Source of the DNA: the human T2T-CHM13v2.0 reference genome, Homo sapiens | Length of the DNA stretch: 64,000 bases | Strand: one strand, 5' to 3' | Assembly (NCBI RefSeq): GCF_009914755.1 | Contig: NC_060947.1 | Shown: positions 24,793-41,982 of the stretch, piece by piece | Numbering within the stretch: position 1 is the stretch's first letter | Layout of the letters: the number at the start of each line of letters is the position of its first letter | Made by a program: the position numbers and the translations under genes | Notes under the pieces: model-generated | Seen by the model: the letters and a program-made list of their open reading frames with translations, nothing else | Databases searched by the model: none | Told to the model about the DNA's origin: nothing

Positions 24793-24874
24793 TTAGAAGT
24801 GGGTGCAAAAGTTATCGTGGTTTTTGCCTTTCCTTTTAATGGCAAAAACCACGATAACTTTTGCACCAACCTAA
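24793..24874. mobile_element. MADE1 (Hsmar1-derived MITE), palindromic
   Basis: ~80 bp GGTGCAAAAG...TTTTTGCC / GGCAAAAA...CTTTTGCACCAACCTAA. Confidence 0.92.
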
Positions 24875-24924
24875 TATTTAGTGCCTTATTAAAGAAGCAC
24901 ATCTATTCTTTATCAGGAATTTGC

Positions 24925-25217
24925 TGGCCCAGTGAGGTGGCTCACGCCTGTTGTCCCAAAACTTAGGGAGGCCAAGGCAGGAAGATCACTTCAGCCCAGG
25001 AATTTGAGACCCACCTGGGCAATACAGTGAGACCCTGTGTCTACAAAAAGTTAAAAAGTTAGCCAGGCATAGTGGCTTATGCCTGTGGTCCCAGCTACTC
25101 AGGAGGCTGAGGCAGGAGGATCACTTGAGCCCAGAAGGCAGATGTTGCAGTAAGCCATGATCGTGCCACTGTACTCCAGCCTGGGCAATAGAGCAAGACC
25201 CTGCTTTAAAAAAAAAA
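24925..25217 (+). mobile_element. Alu (AluJ-like)
   Basis: Dimeric Alu, A tail, TSD GAATTTGCT. Confidence 0.88.
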
Positions 25218-25664
25218 GAATTTGCTTTTATATTTTGATGACTGTCTCTCTATATATGAATAAAACTAGCTTTCTTTGTAACCTTATGTATTTTTAACAG
25301 TTTTATTTTCTTAACTGAATGCAAATTACTTTATATATGTATATATAACTTTATGTCTCCCTATATCTTTAAGATCATAACAGTTTAAAAAACAAAACTA
25401 AAAAATTCTAAAAGTTTAAACTACAAAATCATCTATATAGGTCATAAAAACACTCTGGTAGAGAAATGTGCCTGGTAATTCATAAGTAAAACAAACATAG
25501 CCTGTGAAATAATGTGACATGCTTAGAAAAATGCCTGACACATAGCATGAATATCTAATAAATGGTGGTGGTACTCTCTGGTAGAGGAAGGGGCACAGAG
25601 TGGCTACAGAGGTAAGTAGGGGTGAGACTGTTTGTTTGTTTGTTTGTTTTAAAGAAAAAGGCCT

Positions 25665-25992
<328 letters not shown>

Positions 25993-26359
25993 TTATACTA
26001 AGAGTTTTGATTTTGGAGATGTATCCATCAAGGTTCAGTCAGAAAACAGAAACCACTCTAGTTATTTCGAACAGAGGAAATTTAATGCTGGGAATTGGTT
26101 ACTTAAGGACAGAAGAGCTAAGAAGTCACACACACAGTGTGAAGCTTCTGTTATACTTAGGGCTGGAGGAACAGTAGCCAAGAGGTGGTGTCACCAGACC
26201 CCCAGATGCCAGGGATATCAAGCTGGATTTGGAACCAGTGATCAGTTGGGACCAATGAGGGTAGGGCTGATGAAAGGAGGCTGGAGCTGGGAAGGAGACA
26301 AAGTTACTGCCAGACCTATTGCTGGAGGCAGAGTGAGAAAGGAAATAGCCTGGCTTCTT

Positions 26360-28245
26360 CATATTTTAATAGTTTTTGGGGAACAGGTGGTTTTTTGTTA
26401 CATGGACAAGTTATTTAGTGGTGATTTCTGAGATTTTGGTGCACCTATTACCTAAGCAGTATACACTGTACCCTATATGGGTAGTCTTTTATCCCTCACC
26501 CAGTCCCATCCTTCCCCCCAAGTCCCCAAAGTCCATTATATAATTCTTATGCCTTTGCATTCTAATAGTTTAGCTCCCACTTATAAGTGAGAACATATGA
26601 TATTTGGTTTTCCATTCCTGAGTTACTTCACTTAGAAAAATGGTCTCCATTTTTCTCCAGCTCCATCCAAGTTGCTGTAAATGCCATTATTTTTTTCCCT
26701 TTTATGGCTGAGTAGTAGTCCATGGTGTATATATACCACATTTTCCTTGTCTACTCATTGGTTGATGGGCATTTAGGTTGGTTCCATATTTTTGCAATTG
26801 TGAATTATGCTGCTATAAACATGCGTGTGCAAGTGTGTTTTTCATATAATGACTTCTTTTCCTTTGCGTGCATACCCAGTAGTGGGATCACTGAATTAAA
26901 TGTTAGTTCTACTTTTAGTTCTTTAAGGAATCTCCACGCTGTTTTCCATAATGGTTGTACTAGTTTACATTCCCACCAGCAGTGTAAAGGTGTTCCTTTT
27001 TCACCACATCCACACCCGCATCTATTATTTTTTGACTTTTTTGGATTAAGGTGGTATCTCATTGTGATTTTATGTGTATTTCCCTGATAATTAGCAATGT
27101 TGAACATTTTTCCATATGTTTGTTAGCCATTTGTATATCTTCTTTTGAGAATTGTCTATTCATGTCCTTTGCCTACTTTTTGATGGGATTGTTTTTTTCT
27201 TGCTGATTTGAGTTCCTTGTAGATTCTGGATATTAGTCCTTTTGTCAGATGTGTAGTTTGTGAATATTTTTTCCCACTCTATGGGTTGTCTGTTTACTCT
27301 GCTGATTATTTCTTTTGCTGTGCAGTAGCTTTTTAGTTTAATTAGGTCCCATTTATTTATTTTTGTTTTTGTTGCATTTGCTTTTTGGTTCTTGGTCATG
27401 AATTATTTGCCTAAGCAATGTCTAGAAGAGTTTTTCTGATGTTAACTTCTAGAATTTTTATGGTTTCAGGTCTTAGATGTAAGTCTCTGATCCATCGTGA
27501 GTTGATTTTTGTTTAAGGTGAGATATGTTTTATTCTTCTACATGTGGCTTGCCAATTATCCCAACACCATTTGTTGAATAGGGTTTTCTTTTTCCACTTT
27601 GTTTTTGTTTGCTTTGTTGAAGATCAGTTGGCTGTACATATTTGGCTTTATTTCTGGGTTCTCTATTCTGTTCCATTGGTCTATGTGCCTATTTTTATAC
27701 CAGTACCATCCTGTTTTGGTAACTATACCCTTATAGTATGGTTTGAAGTCAAGTAATGTGATGCCTCCAGATTTGTTCTTTTTGCTTAGTCTTGCTTTGG
27801 CTATGCGGGCTCTTTTTTGGTTCCATATGAATTTTAGGATTGTGTTTTCTAGTCCTGTGAAGAATGATGGTGGTATTTTGATGGGAATTGCATTGAATCT
27901 GTAGGTTGCTTTTGGCAGTATGGTTATTTTTACAGTATTGATTTTACCCATCTGTGAGCATGGGATGTGTTTCCATTTGTTTGAGTCATCTATGATTTCT
28001 TTCAGCAGTGTTTTGTAGTTTTCCTTGTAGAGGTCTTTCACCTCCCTGGTTAAGTGTATTCCTAAGTGTTTTATTTTTATTTTTTACAGCTGTTGTATAA
28101 GGGATTGAGTTCTTGATTTGATTCTCAGCATGGTCGTTGTTGGTGTATAGCAGTGCTGTTGATTTGTGTACACTGATTTTGTATCCTGAAACTTTACTGA
28201 ATTCATTTATCAGATCTAGGAGTTTTTTGGACGAGTCTTCAGGGT
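26360..28245 (-). mobile_element. 5'-truncated L1 (L1PB-like) 3'UTR plus ORF2 C-terminus
   Basis: ORF2 peptides [48 protein letters not shown]; L1PB-type 3' end TTTGGGGAACAGGTGG. Confidence 0.9.
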
Positions 28246-30715
<2,470 letters not shown>

Positions 30716-30977
30716 TTTTGATTGAGCCATCAGTCTTGGATCACTTTCAATTACCTACTTCATTCCCCACAAACATATTTACCTCTTCACCTATCTCAAG
30801 TATCTTTATTTTCTGTTTTAAAGGTTGGACAGACCCACCTACTGTTCAAGGCAACTCAACTACCTTGGGACTTTTCTCCCTCAATTTTTCTCTGTCGTCT
30901 TAGCCCTTCCCTTGTTTTTCCCTGCCACCATTTCCTGTACTTTCATCTTCTTCCTCTTTTGTAATCTTCATTTCTAG

Positions 30978-32405
<1,428 letters not shown>

Positions 32406-32409
32406 TTTA

Positions 32410-35400
32410 GGATTACAGTTCTGGGTAAGATATTTAAGCATCTGTTACCCTTTGTTTCCCACTGAACATGATCATAAAACCCAGAAAGAACGCATGGCAA
32501 CTCATGGCGAGTTTCCCACATTTTTTTCTCTGGCAACTTAATCCAGTCAGAAACCTTGAAGGGAGCACTATGGTACAGACAGAAAGCTCCAGAAGAAGCT
32601 TTCTAGTTCTGGCTTGAGAAGTGAGAGAAGGAATTCCTAAAGCTTGGGGTTGGGGAGGTGGAAATCCCCATCTTTTTATTTCTCTCTTCCCTCACACCCC
32701 AACCCTCAGGCAATCATACAGCATCAGCAACAATGATAGCAATGGGAGCCTTCGAGAACCAGTACTCTCAGGGAATGGACCCATAATCTCTATTTGAGGT
32801 AGAGTTGGGGCCCCAAGAGAGCAAAGCCACATTCTGTTGATTTTTTTTCTCTTTCTGTTCTCCCACTGCTTATCTCCAGATGTGGCACAATTGCAGACAT
32901 GAACAATTTCTGACTAGCGGACGGAAAGGGAAGTACTAGGAACTGGGGAGTACTGGGGAGAATGTGGAGAAGTAGGAGCTCAGGAAAGTGACCCCATAAA
33001 GTTTTTTTTAATGTGCTCTTTGGTGTGTATCCTCAACCTGTATGTGTGTTGATCCAGATCCTAATTAGCATACTAAGAATTTGAGAACTGAGCTGACAGA
33101 CACTCATCTAGGTTCTAGACTGACCATTTCATGACATGCACAGCAGACAGATCCAGATAGCACTGCAAAGGCTTTGAAAACTGAGGTTGGACCCTCAGCC
33201 CACAGAAGGCAGGTGGAAACCTGTGGCCTGAACCTAATCAGATTGACTGCAAAAGCAAACATACATTTTCCATAAAATTTAAACCAGTTCTACAATTTTA
33301 TAATGTTTATCCAGGATATACTCCAGAATTACTAGGCATATGAAGAACCATTGACATCTCAACTTGCATGGCAAAAGACAACAGCAAGGACAAAAAGATA
33401 AAGGTGTTGGAATTATCTGACAAAGTCTTTAAGTCTGCTACCATAAAAACTCAAATGAACAATTGCAAACACTTTTGGAACAAATGTTAAAATATAAATG
33501 TTAAGCTATAGAGTCTCATCAAATAGGAATTAGAAGAGCCAAATGGACATTTTAGGATTGAAAAATACAGTAACTGAAACTTAAGACCTCACTGTGTGGA
33601 CTCGAGAGAGGACAAAGGAAAGAGTAAAGTTGAAGGTAGATAAATAGAAATTATGCAATGTGACAGAAAAAAGATTGAAAAAAAAAATGAACAATGCCTC
33701 AGGGACTTGTAGGACAATAACAAAAGGTCTATCAGTCATGCTATTAGAGCCCTAGGAGGAGAGGAGAAAGAGAACAGTGCAGAAAAAAATCTTTGAAGAA
33801 ACAATGGCTGAAAAGTTCTCAAGTTTGGTTAAAGACACCAACCTGTAGGTTTAAGAAAACAAGTGAACCTCAACAGGATAAATAAAACCCATAAATAGAT
33901 AAATCATAGTCAAACTGCTGAAAAAGACTAAGAAAAACAGAAATGATGCATTATGTACTGCATAGAGGAACAACAATTTGAATGACTATAGATTTATCAT
34001 CAGAAACTCTGTAGACCAGAAGGAAGAAACAAAATTTTTCAAGTGTTGAAAGAATGATCAATCCAGAATTCAGTATCTAGCAAAAAATAACTTTCAGGAA
34101 TGAAGGTAAAACTTAAAACACAATTTCAGACAAAGGAAAACTAAGAAAATTCACAGCAAGCGTATCTGCTGTAAAATAATTTTTAAAGGAATTTCTTCAT
34201 ATAGAAATGAAATGATGGACATAGAAAGTGGAATGATAGATAGTGGAGACTCGGAAGGGTGGGATGATGAAAAAATACTTGGGTACAATGTACATTATTT
34301 GGTTGATGGATACACTAAAATCCCCAACTTGACCACTGCACTATCTATGCTTGTAACAAAATTGCACTTGCACCCCATAAATTAATACAAATTAAAAAAA
34401 AAAAAAAGAAATACCAGAAGAGAAATTGGAACATCCGGAATGAAGGAAGAGCAACAGAACTGGTATCTGGCTAAATATAATAAACTACTCTTTTCTTAAG
34501 TTTTGTAAAACATATTTGTTGATTAAAAGCAAAAATTACATTTTGATGGGATTTTCGATGTATGTAAATGTAGTACATAAGACAGTAATAGCATAAAGTG
34601 GAGAGAACAAAGGGCTCAATATGCTGGTAGGGTTTTTACATTGCAATTGAAGTGGTAAAATGTTGATTCTAAGTAGACTGTGAAAAGTATATATTTTGTT
34701 ATCCCTGGAGCAACTACTAAAAAAATTACACAGAGAGATGTCAGAGCCACAATAGATAAAATGGAATACCAAAAGTTCAAATAATCTTAAAAAAAAAAGC
34801 AGGAAAAGAGAAACAGAGAAGGAAAAAAAAACCAGAGACCAAACAGAAAATTTTAAAATGGCAAACCCCAATCCAGTCTTATCAGTAATTACATTGAATG
34901 GTCTAAACATACAAATGAAAAGACATATTGTCAGGATGGATTAAAAAAGCATGACCACATGCTGCCTACAAAAACTCACATCAAATATGATGATATAGGT
35001 TGGTTAAAAGTAAAAGGCTGAAAACAAATGCCACTTGAAAACCAAAAGAAGGCTGGAGTGGCTATATTAACATCAGACAAAGTTGACTTCACTGCAAAGT
35101 GTTAGGAATAGTGATGTTATATATTGATAGTGTCAATTCACCAAGAAGGCAGCAATCCTAAATGTGTCCTAATAACAGTTTCAAAATACTAGAAGCAAAA
35201 ATTGATAGAATTGAAACAAGAAATGAACAAATCCATAATTATAGTTTCAGTAATTGACGGAAGCTAGCAGACAGAAAATCAGAAAAGATATTGAAGAAAT
35301 GAACACCATTAGCCAACTGAATCCAACTGATGTTTATAGAACACTTTACCAAACAAACGGCAGAATACACATTCTTCTCAAGTGCACATGGGACATTCTC

Positions 35401-35985
35401 CAAGATAGACCATATCCTAGGCCATAAAACAAGTTTTAACCAATTAAAAACAATAGAAATCACAGAGTGTGTTCTTTGGCCACAGTGGAATTAAACTAGA
35501 AATGAATAACAGATAAACAATAGTAAAATCTTCAAACACTTGGAAATAACATACCTTTAATCCATGGGTCAAAGAAACTGGAAACCACCCAAAGGACCTC
35601 CAGTGGATGAATGGATAAACTGGTGGATCCATGTAATTGAATTCTATTCAGCAATTAAAAGGAACAAACTGTTGATTCACATGACATCTTGAAAGAATAT
35701 GAAAGGCATTTTGCTGAATTAAAGAAGTCTGTCCCAAAAGGTTACATATTCTATGACATTCTTGAAAGCCCAAAACCATAGTGATGTAAAATAGATCAGT
35801 GGTTAGAAATAGGGTTAAGGTGTGATTATAAAGAAATAAAGGAGATTTCTGGGGCACTGGAAACTGTTCTGTATCCTGATAGTGGTGGTGGTTACATGAA
35901 TGTCTACATGTGTTAAAATTCATGGAGCTCTACACCAAAAGTAAAGGGCAATTGTATGATCATTTGAAAAATAGACTTAAAATTC
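32410..35985 (+). mobile_element. Old L1M (5' region, ORF1, ORF2 start and a 3' end), with a separate L1MA-like 3' stub at ~34215-34410
   Basis: A-rich L1 sequence: GGCTGAAAAGTTCTC, CCAGAATTCAGTATCTAGC, CATTCTTCTCAAGTGCACATGGGACATTCTCCAAGATAGACCATATCCTAGGCCATAAAAC. Confidence 0.78.
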
Positions 35986-36839
35986 AATTCTGATGGTGCT
36001 TCACTAGCCTACAGGGTGCAGTACAGACTTCTTAATATGGATTACAGGGCCCACCCCGGTGGTAGCGCCTCAACAACAGGGCTGTTTCCCCTCATAAAGC
36101 CTAAGAATGTAGTTTTGGGGGTAGACTGAAATGTGGTCCCGAAGGTCACAAATGTTTTGTCTCTAAATAAGACACTTTTCAGTTTGGAAAATCAAGGATT
36201 TAGAAGACTCAAGTTCTCACTCTGGTGTAGCATGTTGTGGAATCCTGGCCTAGTATAGCCTCAGTTCCCTACCTATTAAACACGACTAAGAACTGGCTCC
36301 CCTGGGGTCACTATTAGTGTGACAGAAATTAAACTGTATTGAATGCTCAGCCGAACTGATTTTGCATTTGAACAGAATATGGCTTCCCACCTCAAACCCC
36401 TCTGGAGAGGAGAGGAGTGTATGATGTATGCATTGGGGGGAATAGATTGTATTGTCAGATTTCAAGGTGCCTTATGCATTTATTTAACAGTCTGGACTAC
36501 ACTCTATCCCACTTTGCCTCCCCAGTAACTAATGCATTCCACTGAGATTTGTATCCTGCAGAGAATTAGCTCCTGGAACAATTACAGTGGCATGTATTTC
36601 CCCACAGGATCATCCAGAGTCGCAGCTAGGTTTTAGAGTTCTTCTTGGCAACCCCTTTAGTATCATGATCATCCCTGATGGAGATTCTTGGTTTGCGCTG
36701 TTGCTGTCCTCCCTCACCTGCCATCGTGACCTGCATGTGGCTTGTTTAGAGCTTGGATGGCCACCCAAGCCCACCTGCCCCCCATTTCCACCACCATTCA
36801 ACTCCCTTTATGCTGAGGTAAATGATGAGGCACGGCATT

Positions 36840-39800
36840 GATTATGTTTATCCATTTATTAAAATATTTAAAGAAGCAATACTTTATTAACATTGAGGAC
36901 TGGTGTTCCATTTGGCGGGGGGAGAGGAATAGGCACACTTTGTGGATCTTTTTTTTCTGCTTTTTCCTGTTACCATGTAAATACCCCAGCTTCCTCCCCC
37001 AACCAGCCCCTGGCCCTGCTGCTTATTTGCAGGGGCCTCTGAGGAAATAAAAAACACAGAGCAGAAAACAACAATGGGTTACAGATTCACTGACAAATAG
37101 ACAAATGCAATTCCACAAATCATATAGCCAAGCAAGGTCTCATATAGGATGGAATGGTGCTAATGGGTTTGGTTGCTTTGGTATTATTTTCCACCTCTCG
37201 TGAAAGAAAAATTCTTCCATTTGTGTCCTGAGGGAAGATGACGTTGACCCTGACTGTTTCTTCTGGCCCAGTTTTATTAAGGTAAAAAATCTCTTTCTTA
37301 TTCTTAACCTGCTCTTATGGACACAGCACAGGGCCTTTCTGGAGAAGGGGACCCATAACTGTTTACCTCCTATAGTATTGACACCAGAAGCAGTTGGTGG
37401 CAGTTCAAATGTATCGGCTTTTTCTTCTCCACTATTCTTCTGGCCAGGAATTGCCTACCCAACCAATTCGTCAGAAAGTGCTACCAAAGATACAACCAAA
37501 CCCTAGAGCTTTGGGTCTTAATGATGTCTGAACATAATTGAGATGGATATTTGGTGTTTGGTCCCACCACCCAAGCAATTGTATTAATTACTGCAAGTGG
37601 TTAACAAAGTCCTTAAAGGAGCTCACACTCCCAGAGCTAAGACAACTCCCTTGAGGCATCACTTCTTGCTTTGTTTCCAAGTGAGCATATGCAAGAACAG
37701 GTGCTTGGCAAGCTATCTTCCTTTTTGGGAAACTACTGGTAACTTAGCAATTTAGGAGGTAACTGAGGGATTGAGCAAGCCACACCTGCTCCTGGGCCTT
37801 GTCATCTATCAACTGTGCTCCATGAGCTGACTCTAGCCCCAAATACTAGTGGTTTCAGTCAATATCATTCTGACTCAGAGTGGGAGGACAGGGTAGGTGA
37901 AAGGGAATCCACATGGCACAACAGAGCAACAGCAGCATCACTGTGCACAAAGACCTAATTATTGCAGCAAAGTAAGCACAAGAGATGGAGTCTTATTACA
38001 GTTTACTATCATCAGTGATAAAAATAATTATAAGACACAGCCCTGCTTAGTCACTGCCAAGATAAAGCTATCTTCTCCCAGGACTTCCTTCTGTAGTCCT
38101 AAATTTGCTCATTTGGACATTTTCCCCTTCGGAAAAAGCTCTTCTGAAGAAAATGCAACTTGGTTCCCACTCTGTGAGTGTGTGTGCAGGTGTCAATGCA
38201 TGCAGCCATAGAGGAGCCAAGTCAGGCTGCAATAGTGAGCTTGCTGATTTCATCTAATACCTCCTCCTGGGAAGAAAGACTAATAACAGAGAAAGTCAAA
38301 GACACAACAACAGCACACTCACTACTCAAATATGTACAACAAGCTAACACATTCTGATGCTTAAATAAGTTTTAAATGTTTTCTGTCATCTTTTTCCATT
38401 GACTTTCTTCTCTAGTTGTAGAGCTAGGACTTAGTTTGGCACAGCAATCAGACATTTGGGGACTATCCCCTTGTTAATATTTTTCTCCTCACCCCTGCGG
38501 AGGTGGAGCACAGGTGGCTGGTTTAAGTGGGTTAGGCTGGTGGAGTTCCAGAGTTGAGAACCAGTGCTTGGAATCTGAATTGTGCACCTCAATGAACCAG
38601 CCATTGGACTGAATCAGGTAATTGAGCACGCTAAGTTTGTCTGAGAAGTAGGGAGAGGCCAGTTTTCTCTTGATAAGTGGGAAGGGACAGTTAACTAAAG
38701 GTATGAGTCAAGGGTGGGGTGAAGATGCAAGGCTGACCAGAGAGAACCTCTCTGGGCATTGGGGTTTGATTAGATTTGCCCTGACTGGGAGAAGGCATTT
38801 TTGAAAAATGTGAATTAGTATTTGGAGCGATTTAGGAATAGTTTGTTTTCATGAGAAATTTGCAAGAAGAACCACAGGAAAGCACAGGCTTCTAGCCTTC
38901 ATTTCTCCAGGCCCATGTTTTTTCTGATCACTTCAATGCCCCTCTGTACTCAAGGGAAAAGGGCAAGATGGGAGATTTGAAGGTGACTTGAGGACTGACC
39001 CAACAGCCTGTCCAGAAGATCAGGCCAAGATGGAGCTTGTGGGGAAGGGCCTAGGCTGTGACTTAATTGTCAGGCAGTCCCTAGTTCAGGCATCTAAGTC
39101 ACAGAGCTCAAGGCCTGGTTGCTCCATATAGTCTTTTTATTGGGGAAGGGCACAGTTGCTGATGAAGAGTCTAGGACAGATAGAGCAAAAAAAGGCAGCA
39201 TGCCAGCTTAAACCCCTTCTTTAGGGCATTGGTGTTTTTGTTCCCCTTTCCATGGCCTGGCTCAGAATTTTAAGGGGGCGTCAGAATCAGCTGGGCCATA
39301 GATCCCAGCCACCTCTAAGACGCTGAAAATGCACCAAAAGATTTAGAAGCTCCACCAAGAAATAGGGCAGTTGGTAGAGGTGTATGTGTTATTGTTATGT
39401 AGAGTAAGGGGGAGTGGGAAGGGATTCCTGGATTAGCACAATAAATTATAGGGTCACTTAGAGGTCGAGTTGTATTTTCAGCTCTTAAAAATATATATGC
39501 GTATGTATATATATATACATCTTTATGTCTCTATACATAATCTATACTGCAGCACAGCGGCAAAACATTTAGTTAAAAAATCCAGCAAGAATGCAGGCAA
39601 ACACTCCGTGGAGGCATGCAGGCTAGGATCAAGGCAGCAGGAGGGGAGCCTGTATGGTTGCCATGAGGGGTGAGTTCCAACCAATGAGCCCACCAGAGCA
39701 CCACCTGGACATATGCAGACATACAAGCACACATAGAAAAACGCAAAGGGTTTGCAGAGAGAGAGAGAGGTTACCATATCTACAAAAAGAGATTTCACAT

Positions 39801-40372
39801 GGTCATCTTAACAGGAAAGTGGACAAGCCCCCAGGATCTAGTTCTCATTTTAATGAGCCAACTAGAAGAGATCTCCTGAAGGTGCAAGTTGCAGTTGGCA
39901 GGGATTCGGAGAGACACACAACCAAGTCTGGCTGTCCTGCCTGCCCCCTTCTCTTCATCTCCCTGGGAGTCTGTGTGTCTTTCATTCATTCCTTAGCATT
40001 GATAGTTTCTCTGCTGGTCAGAGAAAACCATTCCAAAACTCCCTGAAGAGGTGAACTCCCTTGAATCCTTTATAGATCCCAGGCCATTCATAAAGAGCTT
40101 ATCCCAATAAATACTGTAGTTGCTCAAGATGCACAAAGAGAAGGAGAACTGAACAAGACAACTCGGAACAAGAACCTTTGGCCAATGAGGAAATGTAAAC
40201 CTCTAAGGAGACCAGATTAAGTCCAGGAAAATGCATTAGTGAAAAGAATTGGAGGGTCTTTCTTGGTGGTGCTCATGTTTGTTCTGAAATGATTTAGTCT
40301 AGCCTGTATTGAGGTTTTGAGAGTTTTTTTAGTAGAATTCTCAATGTTGTGAGTTCTTCCAGCTTTCAAGGG
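36840..40372 (-). other. DGKK: DGKK 3'UTR (~3.5 kb) with tandem AATAAA at 36883-36888 and 36855-36860
   Basis: Largely repeat-free sequence from the stop codon to two minus-strand AATAAA hexamers; exact end is inferred. Confidence 0.7.
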
Positions 40373-40452
40373 CTACAGTTGAGATCTCGATGGTGTTAGA
40401 GGATCATCACCCTCTGCTTCATCTTCACGATGTCTGCGGTGCCATAAATTGC
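40373..40452 (-). CDS. DGKK: DGK kappa last coding exon (NLWHRRHREDEAEGDDPLTPSRSQL*)
   Basis: ttttttttcctctgaag|GC...CTG TAG; phase 1 matches; ends in class I PDZ-binding-like S-Q-L. Confidence 0.9.
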
Positions 40453-40829
40453 CTTCAGAGGAAAAAAAATGGTATAGAAATAATGAGGTTAGCACAATGC
40501 CAGATGCCCAAGTATGTGGACCCAAAAGAGAGCAAAAAGTCTGTTAGAAGATAGACTGGTTTGTTCCTATTGTACTAACCATCTCTGAATCATCAGGGAA
40601 AACCAGCTGAAACCAAGTGAGCTAAAGACAAATGGGATGAATTTTCAGAACCTGATAATTTATGGAACTGATATTGACTCCGTCAGAGTCTTTAGAAATA
40701 TTTGCAAACACTATTGTCTCCCAATTGACAGACTCTTAAGGAATCAAACCAGTTCGACCATACCTGAGAAAATACAGCTCGATCCAAGAGATTCTCTCTT
40801 GGCATTCGTGCAAACTCTTAGTTCCTTGA

Positions 40830-41339
<510 letters not shown>

Positions 41340-41858
41340 TAGGACCAAAATTTAGGAGGGACCACCATTTACATCAGAATTGGCACAACTGAAAACTCTA
41401 AGAGAACCTTCTTTTGAATCCTACTGATATGTCAATAGTGCTTAAGGCCAATTCTGAAGAAAGAAGAAATGGAACCAAAATTCAAACAATAAAATATACA
41501 GATATGTTGCTTTTCTACCACTTACTATAACAGGAACAAAAGTGTTTAGATAGGCCACAGAACCTGTTCCTGACCCTTAGGAGTGAATCAGGCAGAAAAA
41601 TCACCGCCTGTTTGCATTTTTGTTTTCTGTATATGTTATGGAGACCACACAGGTTCTCCCCTTACCAGTGTCCATATCACTTTCTCTCACCTTGTCCAAG
41701 ATATGGCTTGGTATCACTTACTGCTGACTCCCAGATGGCCTCCCGCTTCATCATCACCATTCCCACAAACATTTCTAATGGGGGCTTCAGGTCCCTGGGA
41801 GGTAGCCAGGCTGTTGGGGGAAGTCTTCATGACCCCTCTGCCTGTGGGGGAGACTTAC

Positions 41859-41982
41859 CAATAAAACTCTGGACACTCTGGCCTGATTTAGGCTTGCGTT
41901 CCTCTTCTACCTTTTTCTTTCCCAATTTGGGGAACTTAATTTTCAGCCTGAGGCTTCTACTGTCAGTGTCCGAAGATTTTTC
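41859..41982 (-). CDS. DGKK: DGK kappa exon (EKSSDTDSRSLRLKIKFPKLGKKK...QSFI)
   Basis: cag|GAA...G|gtaagt, 124 nt. Confidence 0.9.

Noticed and set aside
39654-40046. ORF containing RRDL, reminiscent of the DGKH/DGKD SAM motif
   Set aside because: It is on the strand opposite DGKK and lacks the other SAM residues; probably chance.
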